Assembly: GCA_048885925.1 (NCBI GenBank)
Contig: JBHLLG010000002.1
Location: 38,923-102,922, forward strand
Origin: Candidatus Hermodarchaeota archaeon
GTDB taxonomy: Archaea; Asgardarchaeota; Lokiarchaeia; Sigyniarchaeales; SOKP01
Length of the DNA: 64,000 nucleotides
Direction of reading: 5' to 3'
Part shown: in pieces, positions 9,582-18,368 of the stretch
Layout: the number at the start of each line of letters is the position of its first letter
Numbering within the stretch: the first letter of the stretch is position 1
Made by a program: the position numbers and the translations under genes
Notes under the pieces: generated by a model
The model's input: only the letters and a program-made list of their open reading frames with translations
What the model was told of the DNA's origin: nothing
The model's database searches: none

Positions 9582-10466
9582 TTATAATAATTCGTTTTTA
9601 ATTTTTGGTAAATTATTTATCACAAGTTTAATTGCATTATTAATACCAGTTTCCATATCTGGATGGATTTCATTTGAATTAAGTAAATCGTATTTTGGAT
9701 GACCTGGTAAATCTGAAACTGAAAGAATTGATATTGTTTTTAAATTATAGATTTTACCCAGTAAAAACAATATAGAGGATTCCATATCAATAGATTGAAC
9801 ATTAATTGAACTTAATGCTCTAATAAAATCTAAACTCTCACAGAATAAAGCATCAGTAGTCCATAAGTTGGTTTCTTTAACTCTATTTTTAACAGATATT
9901 GAATCATTTCCTATAAAGAGTCGTTTTAACATTTCATGTGGTCTAGAGATGAAGACAGTCTGATTACCAGTAAAAATGTTTTGAAATCTTGCTATAGGAT
10001 TTAAAATTGACTCTAATTCATTTACTAGAGAAGGATTTTCCCTTATATAATTAGGACTTGTACCATCATCACAATAAGCTAGTTTTGGGACTAAAATGTC
10101 ACCAATATTTATTGGAAAATTCTCACTTTCTATTCCTCCGCACACATCGATTCTAATGATTATTTTTGTTTTACATCGTTTTAATGCTTCTATCGCCATT
10201 GCACAATTCGGAGCACCAATTAAGGAACGGACAATACTCACTCGGGTATTGCTTAATTCCCCATTGTATACTCTTCCAAAATTACGTTTATTTTGTAATT
10301 TCTGCAATAATTTTTTCATAACAATTTTAATGGCAGGGAGGATTACTATTTCATTTACATTTGAGGGACTCGTTTCAAGAAGCATCCGTACAATTTTTTC
10401 ATCAATACTAATAAATTTCAATCCTATATTTAACAACTCACTTTTTATTCTATTCAACATTTTCAA
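9582..10466 (-). CDS. Nucleoside phosphorylase superfamily (PNP/UDP type) protein
   Basis: IGAPNCAMAIEAL...IIRIDVCGGIE...IGDILVP and a C-terminal IDMESSILFLLG...ILSVSDLP, as in the PNP_UDP_1 fold. Confidence 0.7.
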   Translation of the reverse strand: MKMLNRIKSELLNIGLKFISIDEKIVRMLLETSPSNVNEIVILPAIKIVMKKLLQKLQNKRNFGRVYNGELSNTRVSIVRSLIGAPNCAMAIEALKRCKTKIIIRIDVCGGIESENFPINIGDILVPKLAYCDDGTSPNYIRENPSLVNELESILNPIARFQNIFTGNQTVFISRPHEMLKRLFIGNDSISVKNRVKETNLWTTDALFCESLDFIRALSSINVQSIDMESSILFLLGKIYNLKTISILSVSDLPGHPKYDLLNSNEIHPDMETGINNAIKLVINNLPKIKNELL

Positions 10467-10638
10467 TCTTACTCTTGATTTATTCTAATTAACCAAAATT
10501 GAATTTTTAGTTATAATCTAAAAGTTCTACACTAATTATTTATCTACTTATAATTTTTAAGAAAATAATTTAATATCTTATTAAAATACATTTATTTATA
10601 TAAACTAGTGTGAATTTTGCGTTTAAAGTGGTTCTTTA

Positions 10639-11931
10639 ATGAATAATAGATTTATAGTAGATAGCAAAATTACAAACGATTTTGTTGAGGCCTACACAAA
10701 AACAACCTATAGAATAGTTGGAGAAAATAAGCATTCATCCACCAAACCATGTCATTGGCTTGAACAACGATTAATGACTGGAAGAAATAATCGTAATTGT
10801 TATAAAGATATTTTTGGTATCCAAAGTCATAGATGTTTACAAAATACTCCTTCATTACCCTTTTGTAATCATCAGTGTACTTTTTGTTGGAGGGATATAG
10901 AATCAGGATCCCTTGGGAGTGAATTTATTGTTGAACCAGATGATCCGAAGTTACTTGTTGATGAAATGTTAAGACACCATAAAGATATTATTGAAAACCA
11001 TTTGCCATTGAGACGTTATCTTGATAATTATGAAATAATGATTGATATTCTGTATTATATGCTTTTAAATAGTCGTCAAAACTTTAATATAAATTCATTA
11101 GCTAACAAAATTCACGTTTCAAAAAATAAAATTGAACGGGCAATCATACTTCTAAAAAATCAAGAATTTATTAAGTTAATCAATCAATCATCTAATGAAT
11201 TTGGATTGGATGATGATATCAAATGTTGCATTGGTTCTAAGGAGGAATTAGAAGTATTAATCAAAAGATCATTAACTACACCTGATGAGATAATGCAGGC
11301 TCATAGTGAAGCAATGATCCCAAATCATGCAGCAATTTCACTCGATGGCGAACCCCTTTTATACCCAAGAATTTCTGAATTTGTACAAGAATTTAAGAAT
11401 CGTCAAATGACAACATTCATAGTCACTAATGGTACATTACCAGAAAAAATAGAAAGCTTAGATCCTAGCCCTTCGCAGTTGTATATAACTCTAGCTGCTC
11501 CGAATGAAGAAATATATAAAAAAATTTGTCGTCCGATGATTAAAAATGGTTGGGATAAAATCATGAATAGTTTAGATTTAATTAATTCTTTATCTTTTAG
11601 AACAGTTGTACGATTGACTGCTGTAAAGAATCTTACGATAAATGAACATTTTATTAATGATTACGCTAAAATAATAGAAAAAGCAAATCCTAACTTTTTT
11701 GAAATTAAAGGATTTACATTGCAAGCAAAAGCACTGTTAATAAAGGAAAGATTGAAGAGTGAGAAACAGATTCAATATTATTTCCCTGAATATGATTATT
11801 TGGAAGATTTAGTACTGAAATTTGAAGAAAAGAGTGGTTTTCCACTTATCTATAAAAATAAAGCTAGTAGAGATTTTTTATTTGCTGTTAATTGGGATAG
11901 AAGCAAAAATCCTAAAATAAGCCATCCTTAA
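10639..11931 (+). CDS. taw1: Radical-SAM tRNA 4-demethylwyosine synthase (Taw1/TYW1 family) with an internal insertion
   Basis: N-terminal auxiliary-cluster Cys residues (KPCHW, NCYK, SHRC), radical-SAM CNHQCTFCWR, and PNHAAISLDGEPLLYP. At 430 aa it is longer than the ~310-340 aa I recall for archaeal Taw1. Confidence 0.8.
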   Translation: MNNRFIVDSKITNDFVEAYTKTTYRIVGENKHSSTKPCHWLEQRLMTGRNNRNCYKDIFGIQSHRCLQNTPSLPFCNHQCTFCWRDIESGSLGSEFIVEPDDPKLLVDEMLRHHKDIIENHLPLRRYLDNYEIMIDILYYMLLNSRQNFNINSLANKIHVSKNKIERAIILLKNQEFIKLINQSSNEFGLDDDIKCCIGSKEELEVLIKRSLTTPDEIMQAHSEAMIPNHAAISLDGEPLLYPRISEFVQEFKNRQMTTFIVTNGTLPEKIESLDPSPSQLYITLAAPNEEIYKKICRPMIKNGWDKIMNSLDLINSLSFRTVVRLTAVKNLTINEHFINDYAKIIEKANPNFFEIKGFTLQAKALLIKERLKSEKQIQYYFPEYDYLEDLVLKFEEKSGFPLIYKNKASRDFLFAVNWDRSKNPKISHP

Positions 11932-11937
11932 AAATTA

Positions 11938-12573
11938 TTAAATTTTCTCTAAATAATATTTTCGTATAATTCGATTTAACTGTGTTAAATTTATTTTTTT
12001 TAATGCTGAAAATTCTAAATATGGTAAATTCAACTTATCTTGAAACTTAAAATCATTTAAATGAATTAAGTTCAAACCAAATTCTTTTGCTGATTCAACA
12101 AATAAAGAGATTATTTTTTTTTTATCAAAATTGGATACTTTATCGATTTTATTAAATAAAATAAGAAGAGGAATACTAAATTCATTTAGAAATTGAATCA
12201 ATTCAAAACTTAAAGGCATTTTTTTCTTATTTTGAAGGAAATGTTTCTTTAGCTCATCTTCAATTCGAAGAATATTTATAACTACTAGTCCAAAAAAATA
12301 CTCGTCATGGTGCTTTTCAATATGAATAACTATTTGATTCTTAATGTGTTCTTCTCTTCGATGGCTTGTTTTCTTCATAAAACCAAATCCAGGTAAATCT
12401 ACTATTTGATATGATAAATTAGGCTGCGAAATAGGTTTTATCAATAAAGTACTACCCGGAATTTTGCCAGTTTTACCTTTAAATTTTCTAGGATTTGGTA
12501 AAAGTAAACGAGTTATTGAAGATTTCCCCACATTTGAATTTCCTATTATTAGCAAGGAAGGTTTTTTTTTCAT
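11938..12573 (-). CDS. engB: Ribosome-biogenesis GTPase EngB/YihA-like
   Basis: G1 GNSNVGKSS, G2 PGST, G3 DLPGFG, G4 NKIDK; 211 aa. Confidence 0.75.
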   Translation of the reverse strand: MKKKPSLLIIGNSNVGKSSITRLLLPNPRKFKGKTGKIPGSTLLIKPISQPNLSYQIVDLPGFGFMKKTSHRREEHIKNQIVIHIEKHHDEYFFGLVVINILRIEDELKKHFLQNKKKMPLSFELIQFLNEFSIPLLILFNKIDKVSNFDKKKIISLFVESAKEFGLNLIHLNDFKFQDKLNLPYLEFSALKKINLTQLNRIIRKYYLEKI

Positions 12574-12598
12574 TTTTTAGATCTAATATATAAAAAAT

Positions 12599-13489
12599 TT
12601 AGATATCAAGAAAATTTTCATCAAGAAAATCTCTAAACATTTTTTTTTGCTCTTTTTCTTCAATTATTGGTCTTGTGCTAATCGGCTCTCCCGCTTCTTG
12701 AAGGATATCTTTTAAAATATCAATTTTAACATTAATTTTAAACACACCGTCTCTTAGAAATCTTACAATTTGCTTATTATTTACATTTAATCTTAGAAGA
12801 TAACCAAGACCAAAATAAAATTGATGTTCAGGGATAGGATCAATTGGTGATTTACTTGTTACTTCTTTTAAGATATCATATAATAATGCTTTTGATGCTG
12901 TGTGATCTTCAACATTAAAAACCAAATAATATAGTGCATGATACCAGATCTTTTCGCGTTTGTTTTTAACATAATCTAAAAACAATTCTGGAGTAACTAT
13001 TTCCTCTTCTTCTTCCTCTTTTCTTTTTAGGAGTTCTTCTTTAATTCGTTGCTCAAGTTCACTTGAAACTTCCGGAATTGATAGAATTTTACCTTCTTGT
13101 TCACCTGATATTTCAAAATCCTCATGTTTTACTGTTTCGATAGCTTCTTTCATATCTCTTAATTCATCAAAGTCAATTTCGTCAAGATCTGAAAAATCTG
13201 AAATCAGTTCCTCTTTAATTTCTTTTTGTTTTTCGAGTTCGTTAAAAGCTTTTTTTTGTGGCAAAATTTCATTCTTCAATAGTTTATCTTCAGGTAATAC
13301 TACACCTTCCTTGACCTTTTCAATGGCTTCTTGAATTTCTTGAAGTTCCTCGAAATCTAAATCTTCTAAATCAGAAAAATCAGTTTCAAGTGCTTTCATT
13401 TCGCTAAGATAGACTTGCAAATCATCTCCTTCTACTTCTTCCTCAAAATCATCCCTTTTATCATCATTTTCTTCTTCGTTTTCATTCAT
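12599..13489 (-). CDS. Acidic protein with duplicated DFSDL-x-DF-EL motif and globular C-terminal domain
   Basis: 296 aa. DFSDLEDLDFEELQEIQEAIEKVKEG and DFSDLDEIDFDELRDMKEAIETVKHED are internal repeats. Lies 25 nt upstream of engB on the same strand. Confidence 0.5.
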   Translation of the reverse strand: MNENEEENDDKRDDFEEEVEGDDLQVYLSEMKALETDFSDLEDLDFEELQEIQEAIEKVKEGVVLPEDKLLKNEILPQKKAFNELEKQKEIKEELISDFSDLDEIDFDELRDMKEAIETVKHEDFEISGEQEGKILSIPEVSSELEQRIKEELLKRKEEEEEEIVTPELFLDYVKNKREKIWYHALYYLVFNVEDHTASKALLYDILKEVTSKSPIDPIPEHQFYFGLGYLLRLNVNNKQIVRFLRDGVFKINVKIDILKDILQEAGEPISTRPIIEEKEQKKMFRDFLDENFLDI

Positions 13490-13613
13490 AATATCTTCTA
13501 TTTTATTAACAAGCGTTTTATTCGATTCTGTTTATATTATAATTAGTTCTCTACTTCTTTAAATATTGATATTCGTATAATTAAAATTATTCTAAATATT
13601 ATTAGACTTTAAT

Positions 13614-14327
13614 ATGGAAAAAATTAACTTAACTAATATTAAAGGGATAATTTTTGATTTAGACGGTGTTATTTATGATATTACTGAATCAATTAAGAAA
13701 GCTGTTGATGATGGAATTGAAAAATATCAGCTACACAATATTAATCGCGATGATGTTATGGAAGAAATCGCCCATTTAATTGAAGAAATTCAGAATTATC
13801 CTGTACCTAAAATTCTTTTAAATTCTTATGAATTACTAAAAGTAAATTTCTTAGAAGGAATTAGCTTTTTCAAGAAATTACGTATAGCAATTTTCCTATT
13901 TAATCAATTCAATAAATACAAAGAAGCAGAATCGACAATTTTTAAGGACGTTGATAAATTAATCTCAAAATTGGTTAAACATGTAAAATTGGCAATATTA
14001 ACGAACAATAAAAGTCAATATGCAGAAGAAGTCCTAGATAAATTTAATCTTACAGAATATTTTGAAACAATTATCGGTTTTAACGATGTAACAGAAGTAA
14101 AACCAAATCCTGAAGGTATTCTAAAAATCCTTGATAAGTGGAAATTGAAACCTTCAGAGGCAATTTTTATTGGAGATATGACTACGGATATCGAAGCAGG
14201 TAAAGCTGCAAATGTTAAAATGATCTGTGTAGCAAGTGGACTTGCTCGAAAAGAGATCTTACTTAAACATCAACCAGATATTTTGGTAGATAGTACTGAC
14301 CAATTGATTAAGCTTTTCAATTTTTAA
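13614..14327 (+). CDS. HAD-superfamily phosphatase (subfamily IA-like)
   Basis: Motif I IIFDLDGVIYD, motif II LAILTNN, motif III/IV K...GDMTTDIEAG. Confidence 0.75.
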   Translation: MEKINLTNIKGIIFDLDGVIYDITESIKKAVDDGIEKYQLHNINRDDVMEEIAHLIEEIQNYPVPKILLNSYELLKVNFLEGISFFKKLRIAIFLFNQFNKYKEAESTIFKDVDKLISKLVKHVKLAILTNNKSQYAEEVLDKFNLTEYFETIIGFNDVTEVKPNPEGILKILDKWKLKPSEAIFIGDMTTDIEAGKAANVKMICVASGLARKEILLKHQPDILVDSTDQLIKLFNF

Positions 14328-14506
14328 TTTACAAATATAAAAAAAATGATGATTTCTAAAAAGATTTTAATCATTAAGTCTAAAAAATAAGTTTTTATAA
14401 AGACTGAAATTCCTTTTAGAAAATAATATTATTGATTTAGCAAGGCTTAAAAAATCTTATTTATATTATTAGGAAAATAATAAAAACTATATTTTTTATT
14501 TAAACG

Positions 14507-15061
14507 ATGAGTGATAAAGCGTTTGGATTTAAAATAGTTGTTGTAGGAGATGCTGCTGTTGGTAAAACTTCATTAATTAAAAGATATACCACAAATACAT
14601 TTCAAAAAAATTACATATCTACATTAGGTATGCAATTTTCGAGATATGAAGAATTTGTAAATGAAGAAATGGTTGAATTATTTTTATGGGATTTGGCAGG
14701 TCAAGAATCGTTCAACACTCTACGAGATAGATTTTATAAAGGAAGTAGTGGTGCAATTATAGTTTTTTCTCTTGCTCCTGATGAAATTGAAACATATCAT
14801 CATATCGATAAATGGAGAACCCATATAAAAGATGGCTGTGGGAGTATACCTATAGTATTACTTGGTAACAAAGCAGATTTAGTTGATCAAGATGCAATAG
14901 CTACAAGCCCAAATTATGAAACTTCAGATGTTTATGTGAATAAACTTGCCCAAGATCATAATATTATGAAATATTTTAGAACAAGTGCTTTAACAGGTCA
15001 AGGTGTCAAAGAAGCGTTTCAAACATTAGTATTTAAACTATATCAAAGAGCTACCATTTGA
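14507..15061 (+). CDS. Ras-superfamily small GTPase (Rab/Ras-like), paralogue 1
   Basis: G1 GDAAVGKTS, switch-I TLG, G3 WDLAGQE, G4 GNKADL, G5 TSALTG. No C-terminal Cys prenylation motif. Confidence 0.85.
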   Translation: MSDKAFGFKIVVVGDAAVGKTSLIKRYTTNTFQKNYISTLGMQFSRYEEFVNEEMVELFLWDLAGQESFNTLRDRFYKGSSGAIIVFSLAPDEIETYHHIDKWRTHIKDGCGSIPIVLLGNKADLVDQDAIATSPNYETSDVYVNKLAQDHNIMKYFRTSALTGQGVKEAFQTLVFKLYQRATI

Positions 15062-15244
15062 ATTTCTTTTATATCCTGCTTTAAATAACTTTTTTGAAAT
15101 ATAGAGATATTATATTTCTTTTAATTTTAGATATTCGATTGGATTTATTAAAAGTTAATGATATATTGTTTTGTAAAAATTTAAAATAATTAACTTTTAC
15201 TATTTAAGAAAGGGACATTAAACTTAAATTAGTAATTCATTAAT

Positions 15245-15817
15245 ATGTGTGCCGAAGAGAAGGGCTACGGGTTCAAAATTACAGTCATTGGAGATGGAGC
15301 GGTAGGAAAAACATCCCTAATTAAAAAATATACGCAGGGATCCTTTCGAGAAGAATATATCGCAACATTAGGCACGCAATTTTCCAAATATGAAGAAAAA
15401 ATTGATGGAGAAAAAGTTGAGTTGTTTTTATGGGATATTGCAGGACAAGATCAATTTCAAGCATTACGACAAAGGTTCTATATAGGGAGCAGTGGAGCTA
15501 TCATCGTTTTTTCTCATGATCCAGCACAACTAAGATCTTATGAACATGTTCCTAAATGGCTTGATGATCTTAAAAAGCATTGTGGAAATATACCAATAAT
15601 TTTATTTGGAAATAAAATTGATTTGGTAGATGATGGAAAATTAGAATCAAATCCAAATATACCCACTTCAGATATAAATGTTGAAACTTTTGCAAAAGAA
15701 AATAGATTTATTGGATATTATAAAACAAGTGCATTAACTGGTCAAGGAGTGACTGATGCCTTTGAAGTACTTGTTAAAAAACTATATATGATCGCTAAAA
15801 TTTCAAGTTTTACTTAA
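15245..15817 (+). CDS. Ras-superfamily small GTPase (Rab/Ras-like), paralogue 2
   Basis: G1 GDGAVGKTS, G3 WDIAGQD, G4 GNKIDL, G5 TSALTG. Colinear with 14507..15061, with well over half of positions identical by eye. Confidence 0.85.
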   Translation: MCAEEKGYGFKITVIGDGAVGKTSLIKKYTQGSFREEYIATLGTQFSKYEEKIDGEKVELFLWDIAGQDQFQALRQRFYIGSSGAIIVFSHDPAQLRSYEHVPKWLDDLKKHCGNIPIILFGNKIDLVDDGKLESNPNIPTSDINVETFAKENRFIGYYKTSALTGQGVTDAFEVLVKKLYMIAKISSFT

Positions 15818-15864
15818 ACTACATCCAAAATTTCAATTATATTAAAAAAAGAAATTTAAAAAAA

Positions 15865-18147
15865 TTACGTACGTTTATAGATAAATCTTTCCCAACTCTT
15901 CTTACTTGGCGCTTCTAATGGCATATTTTTACGCTTGCGAATATCCATAATGATACTTTCTTCTAATTGAGGAGGAACTTTCTCAAATCCTAAAAATTCA
16001 TATCCAAAAAATGCCCGTCCCGCTGTTGAGCCCCTAATATCGTCAGCAAGTCCTATAGTTTCTGCAGCAGGAATTTGACCTTGAATTCTTACATATTCTC
16101 CCTCAGGAATAACGTTAGTAATTCGACCTCTTCTTCTAGTTATAATACTAGAAACTGATCCTTCTGTACCCTGTGGTGATTTCACATCTATCTTCTGTAT
16201 TGGCTCAAAAAGGTGTGGATTTGCATCCAACATAGCCAAGGATACAGCAGAGAAGAACATACCAGCAATCTGCCCATATTGCGTATGTCTGGGGTCTTCA
16301 TGGATTGTCATATCAGTAAAAACGACTTTGATTCCAGCAGCAGGTTCTTTTGCTAGGATACAATTGCCAAGCCAATCCCTAAATGCAGCACTTAAATATG
16401 ATCTTACACGATCAAATCTCTGTAATCCTGAGGTACCATTTACAAGAACACTTCCATGATAGAGATCAACAATTCTTCTTGCTTCTTTAGCGTCCCATCC
16501 AGCTTCTTCTCTAAGAATTTGAGCTCGATCTTTCTCATTTTGCAGATCATTCACTTTACCGGTTTCTATCAAACGTTCAGTTTTTTCATCTAAGGGTTCT
16601 ATATATAATAAAACACGATTATGCGTGTTTGCTGATTTAGTATAATAATCAGGACTTTTTTGAGTAATTTTTTCCCTATATACGATTATTGGTTCTCCAA
16701 TATTAATTTGCACTTGATTATTTATACGTTTTACTAAAATTTCTATCTGTAATGGGTCGATTCCAGATAAAATAAATTCTCCTGATTCTTGATCTCTTCT
16801 ATATTCTGCTGTTGGATCTGCTTTTAACCATTTACTTACAACCTCATCCAGTTTATCTATATCATGTGGATCTTTTGGTTTAATGCTTCTCGAGACAACA
16901 GCTTCACATGCATAATGGATTTTTTCAAAGGCGGGTATTCTTTTCCTTTCTTCCTTATCTTTAGGGACATCATTTGCGTTAATAAAGGTTTCTCCTGATG
17001 GAGAAATGAATCCATACAATGCAAATAAATTGCCAGCAGGAACTTTAGGAATATCTAAAATATCTGTAATTTCCATCACTCCAAGTCTTTTCACTCGAGT
17101 TTGTGAATCACTATTAACAAGATAAAGTGTATCACTTTGATCAAAGGTACCCGAAAAAACACGACCGATAAGTGTGGCCTGATAATTTCTTTTAGGATCA
17201 AGGAAAATCTTAGTAATCATACCATAAAGAGGTCCTTTAGGGTCGCTTTTAACAAGAGCTTGACCAAGTTCCGATTTTAAGTCACCTCCCCAAATGTGGG
17301 GAATTCTATACTTTGAAGCAGTAACTGGATCTGGTAAATGATCTACAATCATTCTTAGCATAGGTTCATCTAGAGGTAGATTGTCCCTTAACCACTGAAT
17401 ATCACCTTCATTATATTTAGCAAAAACATCTTGGGGTTTCAAACCTTTTTCCAATAAAATCTCGTAAGTAAAACCCCAACCATGTTTTGCTGAACCAACT
17501 GCCACAGAATTTTTCGCAAAATCAATACTCCAATCTGAGCCTTCTGGTCTAACCTTCTTGATCAGATCATTTACTTCTCTAGTGATTTTATCAATCTTAG
17601 CAAAGGTTTGTTGTGGGGTTAATTTAAGCTCACTAATAAGGCGGTCAACTTTATTAATGAAAAGAACGGGTTTGCAGTATTCCTCACCGACAGACAATCT
17701 AATATTAGTTTCTGTTTGTGTCATAACGCCCTCAAGAGCATCCACCAATATAATAGCACCATCACTGCCTCGAAGAGCTCTTGAGACCTCTCCGGTAAAA
17801 CTGATATGACCGGGGGTATCATTGAGCTGAATAATATAAGATTCATCATCTTCTGGCTTTCTAGGGTCATTAAATGCAAGAAGAACTACACTTGTGAATA
17901 TAGTAATGCCCCGTTCCTGCTCCTCGTCTTTCAGTAGATCAAGTAAATCTTAATCTAAATCTGAATCTGTCATTTGGAGCTGTCCGGCATCCTCGGGTCG
18001 CATGAGACCAGCTCTGCGTAGTAAGTAATCAGTAGCTGTAGTTTTGCCATGATCAATATGAGCTGTGATTGAAAACAACCTTTTCTTTTTATATGAACCT
18101 TCTGTAACCAATTTTGCTATAGTCTCAGGGTTCTTTACTTTAACCAT
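15865..18147 (-). pseudogene. Translation elongation factor aEF-2, interrupted by a single in-frame TAA at 17950..17952 (pseudogene, base-call error or readthrough)
   Basis: Track ORFs 17950..18147 (AHIDHGKTT G1) and 15865..17748 are in the same frame. The 201 nt between them is open and encodes DLLDLLKDEEQERGITI...LNDTPGHISF...GAIILVDALEGV. G4 is NKVDR, and domains II-V are intact to the natural stop at 15865. Confidence 0.85.
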
Positions 18148-18368
18148 TATAAGTTCACATCGTATAAATTATAGTTAGTTATTATGTTATAATTGAAGAA
18201 AAGAATACTGGAAATCATAAAAGTTTTATGATTCAAATATAAAGCCTCAGAAGTTATTATTAAACTCATTAATAAAAGAAAAGAAAGGAATTCATATTCA
18301 TTTAAAATATCGTACTCTATTATAATTTTAATTAGTTAAAAAAAATAGCTAAGTTGAGGATTTAGATT

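Noticed and set aside
10096-10855. ORFs 10096..10488 (+) and 10670..10855 (-)
   Set aside because: They are antisense to the well-supported nucleoside phosphorylase-family gene and to taw1 respectively.
17558-17809. Plus-strand ORF 17558..17809
   Set aside because: It is antisense to the conserved G-domain region of aEF-2.
17950-17952. Genome-wide reassignment of TAA to a sense codon
   Set aside because: TAA terminates many well-delimited genes in the window (e.g. 4054..4056, 8668..8670, 63640..63642) at positions consistent with homologue lengths.
17930-17975. Idea that the EF-2 stop lies in a small bulge-helix-bulge mRNA intron
   Set aside because: I could pair TCAGAT with ATCT(ACT)GA to give one 3-nt bulge. 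I found no second bulge at the required 4-bp spacing, and no excision that removes the TAA while keeping the frame. There is not enough support.
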